This document shows, one piece after another, positions 56,493-63,823 of a stretch of DNA of 64,000 nucleotides (position 1 is its first letter; each line of letters begins with the position of its first letter). A program made the position numbers and the translations under genes. Location of the stretch: the NCBI GenBank assembly GCA_023443725.1, contig JAEZTF010000010.1, forward strand, positions 29,948-93,947. The letters run 5' to 3'. A model generated the notes under the pieces. The model ran no database searches and was not told the DNA's origin. It saw only the letters and a list, made by a program, of their open reading frames with translations. The DNA is from Candidatus Parcubacteria bacterium (GTDB taxonomy: Bacteria; Patescibacteriota; Microgenomatia; UBA12405).

Positions 56493-57748
56493 ATTTTTTG
56501 ACTAACTTTGTTCCAAGTATAATTATTTTTAACATATAAATAACCATTTTGGCCAAATTGACGACAAAGTTTAGGATTAAAAATTAATTGTTGAATTTTT
56601 TGCTGAAGATCATCAATATCATCAGTTTTGAAAGTTAACCCCCCGTTTGATGATTTAACAATTTCTTTTAAAGATGGAATATCTGAAGTAATAACGGCTT
56701 TTTTTCTAGCCCAACTTTCTACTAGAACAAGGCCAAAACTTTCCTGAATTGATGGTAAAACTAAAAATTGGCATTGATCAATAATTGTAATTAAGTCTTT
56801 ATTGCTAACATTAAATTTGAAATGAATTTGTTTTTGGACCGATTTGGGAAGTGATTCAAAATATTTTTTTATTTGAGGAAAAAATAAAGTTTTTTGACCA
56901 ACAAGTATCAATCTTCCCTTAATCCCTTCTTTGACAAGACGGGAAAAACTATTTATTAACAAGTCGACACGTTTATGGGCGGCAAGAGAACCAATAAATA
57001 AGATTGTCAAACCCTTTCCGGATAAACCGGTTTTTCCCTTAAAAAGGGAAACTTTTTTTTCTTTTTTTAAAAATATATCCTCAACACCGTTGCCGGCAAG
57101 AATAATTTTTTTTTGGTTTATATTTAATTTTTTAATAAAAAAATCAGTTTCATATTTAGTTAAAGTCCAAAGATAATCAGCTTGTTGGAGAGTTTTGATA
57201 AGAGGTAAACGAGAAAAGTCGGGATCTGATTGGTGAAAAGAAGAATTGATGAGAAGTTTAGTGGATAATATTTTTCTGAAAAAATTAGCGTATAGAATAA
57301 TGGTGGTGGGAAGTGGGCCGGCAATAATTAACTCTGGTTTAAATTTAATTATTTTAATAGTAGCCCTAATAAAAGGTATGAGTTTAAAAATTGGTCCTTT
57401 TTGAAAAATTTGTAGCAATTGATGAAAGTAAGAGTTTTTGGGGATAAATAAATTAATAAATTTTAGAGGTCGACGAAGATGATGATAAACAGGAAGATAA
57501 ATAAAACCCTTTCCGGATAAACCGGTTTTTCCCTTAAAAAGGGAAACTTTTAAGCTCCCTTTTTTAAGGAGAGATGTCTGAAAGACAGAGGGGTTTTTCT
57601 TAATGAAATCGTCGGTGCTAGAGCAATCGGACGATAAATAAATTACATCATGGCCTTGAGATTCTAATTGATGGCTAAGTTGATAAACTACTTTTGATCC
57701 CCCATCGATAGCGGGAGGAAAAATATGACTAATTGCAAGTATTTTCAT
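56465..57748 (-). CDS. Glycosyltransferase family 4 carrying three in-frame hairpin-repeat segments
   Basis: MKILAISHIFPPAIDGGSK N-terminus and QESFGLVLVESWARKKAVI. The peptide KVSLFKGKTGLSGKG occurs twice. Confidence 0.8.
   Translation of the reverse strand: MKILAISHIFPPAIDGGSKVVYQLSHQLESQGHDVIYLSSDCSSTDDFIKKNPSVFQTSLLKKGSLKVSLFKGKTGLSGKGFIYLPVYHHLRRPLKFINLFIPKNSYFHQLLQIFQKGPIFKLIPFIRATIKIIKFKPELIIAGPLPTTIILYANFFRKILSTKLLINSSFHQSDPDFSRLPLIKTLQQADYLWTLTKYETDFFIKKLNINQKKIILAGNGVEDIFLKKEKKVSLFKGKTGLSGKGLTILFIGSLAAHKRVDLLINSFSRLVKEGIKGRLILVGQKTLFFPQIKKYFESLPKSVQKQIHFKFNVSNKDLITIIDQCQFLVLPSIQESFGLVLVESWARKKAVITSDIPSLKEIVKSSNGGLTFKTDDIDDLQQKIQQLIFNPKLCRQFGQNGYLYVKNNYTWNKVSQKICQKILPSL
56907..56944. 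repeat. Hairpin module D2 (ATCAATCTTCCCTTAATCCCTTCTTTGACAAGACGGGA) inside a GT4 CDS
   Basis: Partner of D1. Encodes SRLVKEGIKGRLI. Confidence 0.7.
57010..57057. repeat. Repeat element copy B (half element, 48 nt, two hairpins)
   Basis: 48/48 identical to 57504..57551. Contains the CCGG-ATAAA-CCGG and TTCCCTT-AAA-AAGGGAA hairpins. Confidence 0.85.
57503..57598. repeat. Repeat element copy A (96 nt, four hairpins, AAAACCC/GGGGTTTT termini), exactly 32 codons in-frame
   Basis: Terminal inverted AAAACCC...GGGGTTTT plus internal hairpins. Occupies codons 51-82 of the GT4 gene (KNPSVFQTSLLKKGSLKVSLFKGKTGLSGKGF). Confidence 0.8.
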
Positions 57749-57787
57749 GACACCTTATTATACGTGGTATCCTGATATTAAGTTTTT

Positions 57788-58747
57788 ATGGAATTAATAA
57801 AAAAGATTTTTAAATCAAAAATATTGAGGTTGATTTTTTCGGTGGCATTAATTTATTTTGCTTTTAGAAAAGTAGATATCAAAAGTTTATTGAGCCAATT
57901 AATAGGAATTAAATTATGGTTTGTGTTGGTGGTTTTGGTGATTTCTTTAATATTAAACTTATTAATTTCTTTTCGTTGGAGTCTACTTTTAATTAAGAAA
58001 CCAAAATTTAAAGATGTATTGGTGTTTTTCAAATCGAGTATGATGGCCTCGTTTTATGGTTTAATTTTACCTTCTGCAGCAGCCACAGATGTGGTTAAGT
58101 GGTTGTTGATAGATCAAAAATATCCTCAAATACCAAAAAGTAAAATGCTAGGTTCAGTTTTTTTGGATAGAGTAATTGGATTATCAACTTATATTTTTGT
58201 GGGTTTAGTATTTATTTTAATAGCTAAATCAAAAGGTATTTTGATTCCAGATATGATTTTTTATGCCATAGTTTGTTTAGTAATAGGGTTTATTGTTTTT
58301 TATGTTTTTATTTATTTCTTTGATCTTAAAAAAACAATTTTTAGATTTAAAATTTTTAAAAAATTTGAAAGCGTTGGTGAATTGGTCAATAGAGAAAATT
58401 TACCTCAAATTTTTAAGGGAATGTTGGTGGCGGTTTTTAGTGAATTTGGTTGGGTGCTGCAAACTTGGTTTATCTCTTGGTACTTTGGGGCTAATTTAAG
58501 CGTTTTTTCTATCTTAGTTTATATTCCAATTATTTCTTTGATATTAATATTACCAATTTCAATTGCTGGTTTTGGAGCTAGAGAACAATTATTTTTATTT
58601 TTCTTTTTGCCAGTTGGGGGAAAAGCGGAAGGAGTTTTGTTAACATCAGCATTTGGAGGGATATTGGGAATATTAATTTCTTTATTGGGAGGATTAATTA
58701 CTTTAACTCCTGAATTTAAAAATAATTTAAAGGATAAATTAAAATGA
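57788..58747 (+). CDS. Flippase-like / lysylphosphatidylglycerol-synthase-TM-like (UPF0104) membrane protein
   Basis: Polytopic. Has the ISFRWSLLL motif typical of this family. Adjacent to the glycan locus. Confidence 0.55.
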   Translation: MELIKKIFKSKILRLIFSVALIYFAFRKVDIKSLLSQLIGIKLWFVLVVLVISLILNLLISFRWSLLLIKKPKFKDVLVFFKSSMMASFYGLILPSAAATDVVKWLLIDQKYPQIPKSKMLGSVFLDRVIGLSTYIFVGLVFILIAKSKGILIPDMIFYAIVCLVIGFIVFYVFIYFFDLKKTIFRFKIFKKFESVGELVNRENLPQIFKGMLVAVFSEFGWVLQTWFISWYFGANLSVFSILVYIPIISLILILPISIAGFGAREQLFLFFFLPVGGKAEGVLLTSAFGGILGILISLLGGLITLTPEFKNNLKDKLK

Positions 58748-59169
58748 ACGAAGATTTTCAAAAGTTCCATATTTCCGTAAAAGGTTTAATAAAATTTGAT
58801 AATTCATTTCTTTTACTCCAAGAACATGATGGTATTTGGGAAGCTCCAGGTGGAAGAGTAAATGAAGGAGAATTATTAAAAGAAGCTTTATTAAGAGAGT
58901 TAAAAGAAGAATTAGATTTTAATTTATCATTAGACGATATAGGAAATTTATTTGAATTTAATCAAAGATATGATTATAAATTGGGTAACGGTTGGTGTTT
59001 GATGACTCTTTTTTTTGAAATTTCATTAAAACAAAAATTGGAAATTAATATTAGTGATGAACATGTTAACTTTGTTTGGGTAAAAAAAGATACTGATTTA
59101 AGTAAATTTGTTTTTAAAAACCCAATTCAAAGAGCTATATTCGAGAATTTTAAAAATAATTTGAAATAA
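58744..59169 (+). CDS. NUDIX hydrolase
   Basis: Nudix box GGRVNEGELLKEALLRELKEELDF. Confidence 0.85.
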   Translation: MNEDFQKFHISVKGLIKFDNSFLLLQEHDGIWEAPGGRVNEGELLKEALLRELKEELDFNLSLDDIGNLFEFNQRYDYKLGNGWCLMTLFFEISLKQKLEINISDEHVNFVWVKKDTDLSKFVFKNPIQRAIFENFKNNLK

Positions 59170-59198
59170 TTGACATTGTTTTGATATTTGTTAAAGTA
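59170..59198 (+). promoter_or_regulatory. Putative promoter (TTGACA then TAAAGT/AAAGTA after 16-17 nt) for the metK leader
   Basis: Consensus -35 at 59170..59175. Confidence 0.45.
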
Positions 59199-59206
59199 TT
59201 TTTAGT

Positions 59207-59307
59207 TTGTCGAGAGAGTCTTAAAAAAGACTAGCAACCGAGCCTCAAAGGGGTCACGGTGCAATTCCCTACTTGGGAGGACAAGCCTTTATAAATTTAA
59301 ATAAAGG
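59207..59307 (+). promoter_or_regulatory. SAM-I-clan riboswitch-like leader (minimal P2/P4 variant) with an SD-sequestering hairpin
   Basis: P1 UUGUC/GACAA; J1/2 GAGAG; P2 AGUCUU-AAAAA-AGACU; AGCAACC...GGUGC (P3) followed by AAUUCC (as in the SAM-I J3/4); mini P4 CCC-UACUU-GGG; then CCUUUAU-N8-AUAAAGG covering the AAGGA SD. Sits upstream of metK. Confidence 0.6.
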
Positions 59308-59313
59308 AAAAAT

Positions 59314-60432
59314 ATGAATTATTCCCTATTTACGTCAGAATCAGTTTGTGCTGGTCATCCCGATAAAATTTGTGACCAAATTTCAGATACTGTTTTAGAT
59401 ACTGCTTTAGAAATTGATAGAAATTCAAGAGTTGCTTTAGAAACTTTAGTGACCACTAATAAAGTAATAATGGCAGGCGAAGTGACTTGTAGTAAAAAAT
59501 TAGACTATGGACAAATCGCAAAACAAGTAATTAAAGATTTAGGTTATACTAATCCTCTTTTAGGTTTTGATACAAATGCAGACATAGAAGTATTGGTTCA
59601 TCAACAATCAAAAGATATTGCAATTGGAGCCGATAATGACGGTGCAGGTGATCAAGGAATGATGTTTGGTTATGCTTGTAATGAAACACCACAATTGATG
59701 CCATTATCAATTATGTTGTCACAAGAATTATGCAAAAAAATGGATAAACTGCAGTTTGAAAGATTAAATTATTTAAGACCAGATGGTAAGGCAGAAGTGA
59801 CAATTAAATATAATCAAGGAAAACCAGTGGAAATAGTAAAAGTGGTTTTGGCTAAACCAATGGATCTAATAGTTGAAGATACTCAAGCAAAAAAAGATTT
59901 GTATGAATTGGCTGTGTTGCCAATTTTGGAAAAATATAAACTTAATAAAGTAAGCGTAGAAAATGTAATTTTAAATGGTACAGGTAGATGGGAAATTGGT
60001 GGACCAGCAACAGATACTGGAGTAACTGGTCGAAAAATTGTAGTCGATACTTATGGTGGTATGGGACGAATTGGTGGAGGATGTTTTTCAGGTAAAGATC
60101 CAACAAAAGTAGATAGAAGTGCAGCTTATGCTGCTAGATTTATTGCCAAAAATGTAGTGGCTGCAGGATTGGCTGATCGTTGTGAAGTCCAATTGGCCTA
60201 TGTAATTGGTGTTAGAGATCCAATTTCAAAAGCAATTGAAACTTTTGGAACAAACAAAAAAGAAATAAATAAAATTGAAGAATTTGCTTGGAATTTAATG
60301 AATTTATCGGTTAAAGGAATAATTGATAAATTTGATTTAAAAAGACCAATTTACAAAAATACAGCTAGATATGGTCATTTTGGATATGATGAATATCCTT
60401 GGGAACAAATCAAAACCCCTCTGTCTCGATAA
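59314..60432 (+). CDS. metK: S-adenosylmethionine synthetase
   Basis: GHPDKICDQISD, GAGDQGMMFGYA, GGGCFSGKDPTKVDRSAAY. Confidence 0.95.
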   Translation: MNYSLFTSESVCAGHPDKICDQISDTVLDTALEIDRNSRVALETLVTTNKVIMAGEVTCSKKLDYGQIAKQVIKDLGYTNPLLGFDTNADIEVLVHQQSKDIAIGADNDGAGDQGMMFGYACNETPQLMPLSIMLSQELCKKMDKLQFERLNYLRPDGKAEVTIKYNQGKPVEIVKVVLAKPMDLIVEDTQAKKDLYELAVLPILEKYKLNKVSVENVILNGTGRWEIGGPATDTGVTGRKIVVDTYGGMGRIGGGCFSGKDPTKVDRSAAYAARFIAKNVVAAGLADRCEVQLAYVIGVRDPISKAIETFGTNKKEINKIEEFAWNLMNLSVKGIIDKFDLKRPIYKNTARYGHFGYDEYPWEQIKTPLSR

Positions 60433-60464
60433 ATCGAGACATCTCCCCTTGAAAAAGGGAGAAG
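60412..60464. repeat. Repeat element copy C (related to the second half of element A), overlapping the last 6 codons and stop of metK
   Basis: AAAACCCCTCTGTCT[CGATAAATCGAG]ACATCTCCCCTTGAAAAAGGGAG versus the coding-strand reading of A, AAAAACCCCTCTGTCT[TTCAG]ACATCTCTCCTTAAAAAAGGGAG. Confidence 0.75.
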
Positions 60465-60535
60465 TCTTAAAATCATTTTGATGATAAAATTTACTAACTA
60501 AATTATTTATTTATTGCTAATAGCTAATTAACTAC

Positions 60536-60550
60536 TAGCTATTTACTAAT
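60536..60550 (+). repeat. 15-nt motif TAGCTATTTACTAAT 1 nt upstream of the galE ATG, embedded in a TAGCTA-rich stop-dense spacer (60507..60551)
   Basis: Identical to the reverse complement of 30788..30802. Confidence 0.8.
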
Positions 60551-60551
60551 C

Positions 60552-61532
60552 ATGATTTTAATTGTTGGTGGAGCGGGATATATCGGATCCCATATTAATA
60601 AAGAATTAAACAAACAAGGTTTTAAGACAGTAGTTTTTGATAATTTATCTTCTGGAAAAAAAGAATTGGTTAAATGGGGTGAATTTTTTGAAGGCGATTT
60701 AGGAAACATTGAAAATATCAGAGAGGTTTTTAAAAAATATCCAATTGAAGCAGTATTACATTTTGCTGCTTTTAAAGCAGTTGGTGAATCAGTCATTGAT
60801 CCGCAAAAATATTATCAAAACAATGTGGCTAATACTTTAAATTTATTTAAAGTGATGTTGGAAAACAATGTGAAGAAATTTATTTTTTCTTCTTCAGCAG
60901 CGACTTTTGGTGAACCTCAATACATCCCAATTGATGAAAAACATCCACAAAGTCCAATAAATCCTTATGGTGAAACCAAATTGATAGTGGAACATATTAT
61001 GCGAGATTATAGTAAAGCTTATGATTTTAGATATATATCTTTAAGATACTTTAATGCTTGTGGGGCTGATTTAGACGCAGATGTAGGTGAATGGCCCGGT
61101 AGTAGTTCAAATTTAATTCCATTAGTTTTAGATGCAGCAATTGGTAGACGAGAAGATATCAAAGTTTTTGGGACTGATTATGAGACACCAGACGGTACTT
61201 GTGTTCGTGATTATATTCATGTAACTGATTTAGCAGATGCTCACGTATTGGCTTTGAAATATTTAATGGATGGCAAGGAAAGCCAATGTTTTAATTTAGG
61301 AAATGGTAAAGGATTTTCAGTTAAAGAAGTAATTGATGCAGCCAAAAAAATAACTGGAATTGATTTTAAAGTTACTAATGCTGACAGACGAGCTGGTGAT
61401 CCTCCAACTTTGGTGGCTGATGCAAAATTGGCCAGAGAAGTTTTGGGTTGGAATCCACAATATGCTGATTTAGAAACTATTGTTGCCAGCGCGTGGAAAT
61501 GGCACCAAAAAGTATGTAAGCTAATTAGCTAA
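60552..61532 (+). CDS. galE: UDP-glucose 4-epimerase
   Basis: GGAGYIGSH, SSSAATFG, YGETK and the overall SDR-extended pattern. Confidence 0.9.
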   Translation: MILIVGGAGYIGSHINKELNKQGFKTVVFDNLSSGKKELVKWGEFFEGDLGNIENIREVFKKYPIEAVLHFAAFKAVGESVIDPQKYYQNNVANTLNLFKVMLENNVKKFIFSSSAATFGEPQYIPIDEKHPQSPINPYGETKLIVEHIMRDYSKAYDFRYISLRYFNACGADLDADVGEWPGSSSNLIPLVLDAAIGRREDIKVFGTDYETPDGTCVRDYIHVTDLADAHVLALKYLMDGKESQCFNLGNGKGFSVKEVIDAAKKITGIDFKVTNADRRAGDPPTLVADAKLAREVLGWNPQYADLETIVASAWKWHQKVCKLIS

Positions 61533-61537
61533 TAGCT

Positions 61538-61552
61538 ATTAGTAAGTAGCTA
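61538..61552 (-). repeat. Third (14/15) copy of the TAGCTAYTTACTAAT motif, in the TAGCTA-rich spacer downstream of galE (61519..61560)
   Basis: The plus strand reads ATTAGTAAGTAGCTA. Not adjacent to a start codon. Confidence 0.7.
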
Positions 61553-61575
61553 GTAAATAGAAAAATAAAAAACAA

Positions 61576-62118
61576 ATGAAAATAATTAAAAAATACCAAA
61601 GTTTATTTTTATTTTGTGGTGGTTTTTTAATTGCTTATTTATTATTTAATATTTCTTTAATTAAAGATTTCTTCTTAGGTTTAGGGAGTTTTGGTTATAT
61701 CGGTGCATTTTTGGGTGGTTTAATGTTTGCTTATAGTTTGACGGTGGGAATTGGAGTAGCAATTTTATTCACTCTGGTAAAAAGTATGTCGCCTCTAACG
61801 CTATCTTTAGTAGCGGGTTTTGGTGCTATGTTGGGAGATTTGTTGGTATTTAATTTGGTTAGGAAAAAGCTAAAAACAAAAATATCTAAATTTTATAATT
61901 TGTTAGACAAAAAAAGTTTTTTAAGAAAAATATTAGATAACAAAAAATTTAATTGGATATTACCTTTGTTTGGTTTATTGATAATTGCTTCACCATTTCC
62001 AGATGAGTTAGGAGTAGCTTTGGTAGGAGAATCAAAAATGGAGGAAAGTCATTTTAAATTGATCGCTTTTTTAATGAATGCGATTGGAATTTATATATTG
62101 ATAGGAATGTTTAAATGA
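61576..62118 (+). CDS. Hypothetical polytopic membrane protein
   Basis: About 5 predicted TM helices by eye. No motif recognised. Confidence 0.5.
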   Translation: MKIIKKYQSLFLFCGGFLIAYLLFNISLIKDFFLGLGSFGYIGAFLGGLMFAYSLTVGIGVAILFTLVKSMSPLTLSLVAGFGAMLGDLLVFNLVRKKLKTKISKFYNLLDKKSFLRKILDNKKFNWILPLFGLLIIASPFPDELGVALVGESKMEESHFKLIAFLMNAIGIYILIGMFK

Positions 62119-63497
62119 AAATAAAAAATATTGGCATAGCCACATTAGAAAAGGCACCTAAACTTAGAAAAATGGTTGGGCCAAGTTTTATTTTGTTGGG
62201 ATTGGGTTTGGGTAGTGGAGAATTAATTTTATGGCCTTATTTATCGGCTAATTTTGGATTGGGTATTATTTGGGCAGCAGTTATTGGAATCACTTTTCAA
62301 TTTTTTATTAATATGGAAATTGAAAGATATACATTGATAAATGGAGAAAGTGTTTTTGTTGGTTTGGCTAGAAAATTTGGGACAATCTCCCCTGTTTGGT
62401 TTATATTGTCGACGATTATTCCATGGATGTGGCCAGGAATAATATTATCTTCGGCAACTTTAATTTCTCATGTTTTTGGAATTAAATATGCTGATTATTT
62501 AGCGATGGGGTTTTTAATTTTAATTGGTTTAATTCTTAGTTTAGGAAGAGTTTATAAAACTCAAGAAAAATTACAAAAAATTTTGATCTATGTTGGAGTG
62601 CCATTAATTTTAGTTTTGGCTGGATTTTTGGCCAAAGGACATGATTGGCAAGCATTAGCTAACGGTCTAGTTGGGCATGGAGATAATTTTTGGTTTATAC
62701 CAGCTGGTTTGTCTTTGATGACTTTCTTGGGAGCTTTTGCTTATTCTGGAGCTGGTGGAAATTTAAATTTGGCTCAATCTTTTTATATTCGAGAAAAAGA
62801 ATATGGGATGGGTAAATATGGGACTAAAATTACCTCCCTATTGAGAAAAAACAAAACCAACTTATCTTTGGAAGGTAAGACTTTTTTGATAAATAAAGAA
62901 AACTTAAAAGTGTTTAAAGATTGGTGGAAAAAAATAAATTTAGAACATATGTTGGTATTTTGGTTGACTGGAGCGACGACAATTTTAATGTTGAGTTTAT
63001 TGGCTTTTTCAACTGTTTACCAAACAACAAAAGGAGCAAGTGGTATCAACTTTTTGTTTGAAGAAGCAAATATGATTAGTCTTAGTACTTGGTCAATAGT
63101 TGGGACAATATTTTTGGTATTAGTAGGAATTATGTTATTTTTTACCCAACTTTCGGTGATGGATGCCACAGCTAGAATAAATTCAGAAAACTTAGTAATT
63201 CTAAATCAAGATCGATTTAAAATAGAACATTTGTCGTACTTTTATCATGCTTTTTTATGGGCGCAAATAATTTTAGGGATAATAGTTTTGTTGGTAGGTT
63301 TTGATCAACCTCTTCAATTAGTCACTTTAAGTGCTTTCTTAAATGCAATGACGATGTTGGTTTATACGATGGCGATTTTGTGGCTAAATCAAAAAACTTT
63401 AGCTAAAGAACTAAGACCAGTATGGTGGCGAAAAGCAATATTGGTTTTAATTATTTTGTTCTTTACTAGCTTTACTGGATTGATTTTATTTAATTAA
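62115..63497 (+). CDS. Polytopic transporter, distantly NRAMP/APC-like
   Basis: About 11 TM helices. The N-terminal GLGLGSGELILWPYL...FGLGIIW...QFFINMEIERYTLINGES is reminiscent of the NRAMP TM1-TM2 region but lacks the DPGN motif. Confidence 0.35.
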   Translation: MKIKNIGIATLEKAPKLRKMVGPSFILLGLGLGSGELILWPYLSANFGLGIIWAAVIGITFQFFINMEIERYTLINGESVFVGLARKFGTISPVWFILSTIIPWMWPGIILSSATLISHVFGIKYADYLAMGFLILIGLILSLGRVYKTQEKLQKILIYVGVPLILVLAGFLAKGHDWQALANGLVGHGDNFWFIPAGLSLMTFLGAFAYSGAGGNLNLAQSFYIREKEYGMGKYGTKITSLLRKNKTNLSLEGKTFLINKENLKVFKDWWKKINLEHMLVFWLTGATTILMLSLLAFSTVYQTTKGASGINFLFEEANMISLSTWSIVGTIFLVLVGIMLFFTQLSVMDATARINSENLVILNQDRFKIEHLSYFYHAFLWAQIILGIIVLLVGFDQPLQLVTLSAFLNAMTMLVYTMAILWLNQKTLAKELRPVWWRKAILVLIILFFTSFTGLILFN

Positions 63498-63499
63498 AA

Positions 63500-63787
63500 T
63501 TATCTAGCGATAAAGTTGATATTTAAATCACAGTTCAAAGCTTCCCCAATTCTTTTTAGTGTTTTGAAAGATGGATTAGCAGATGAAGATTCTATTCTAG
63601 AAATAATTGCTTGAGTTGTTTTGGCTTTTTTAGCCAATTCTACTTGAGAAATTTTTTTCTCAATTCTTAATTCGATAATTTTTTGAGAAAGTTGATATTC
63701 TGCTTTTAATTTTTCCCAAGCTTTTTTAAACTCTGGATCCTTAAGACTTTCTTTTAGATGATTTTTAAAATTATATTTATGGTTCAT
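63500..63787 (-). CDS. XRE-family HTH protein (HigA-like antitoxin)
   Basis: ISQVELAKKAKTTQAIISRIESSSANPSFKTLKRIGEAL HTH_3 pattern. Lies downstream of the toxin-like ORF. Confidence 0.75.
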   Translation of the reverse strand: MNHKYNFKNHLKESLKDPEFKKAWEKLKAEYQLSQKIIELRIEKKISQVELAKKAKTTQAIISRIESSSANPSFKTLKRIGEALNCDLNINFIAR

Positions 63788-63823
63788 ATTTGTACTTGAA
63801 TTATATCTTTTAAGATATAATTG

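Noticed and set aside
57010-57598. Possible CRISPR array or tandem repeat, because of a perfect 48-nt repeat about 450 bp apart.
   Set aside because: There are only two copies with no regular spacing and no cas genes. Both lie in-frame inside a GT4 CDS and are internally palindromic. This behaves like a dispersed hairpin element, not a CRISPR repeat.
60433-60551. A rho-independent terminator for metK in the two hairpins after the stop codon.
   Set aside because: The hairpins are not followed by a U-tract and belong to the repeat family, so a terminator role is not supported by sequence alone.
240-60796. Many 60-120 aa ORFs in the track lie antisense to or nested in larger genes. Examples: 240..422, 3498..3764, 3698..3886, 4804..5001, 8202..8438, 11366..11548, 11884..12216, 13493..13717, 15716..16057, 17905..18093, 18565..18756, 19845..20123, 20615..20881, 21011..21573, 28525..28722, 29047..29301, 31825..32064, 33489..33698, 35044..35232, 36834..37058, 37351..37533, 38379..38570, 40010..40219, 41617..41829, 43332..43523, 48244..48447, 49635..50197, 51697..51900, 52062..52304, 52799..53035, 54545..54778, 55701..55967, 56155..56340, 56931..57176, 58293..58770, 60539..60796.
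   Set aside because: Each overlaps a longer ORF with clear family motifs and none has a recognisable motif of its own. Shadow ORFs of this kind are expected in AT-rich DNA.
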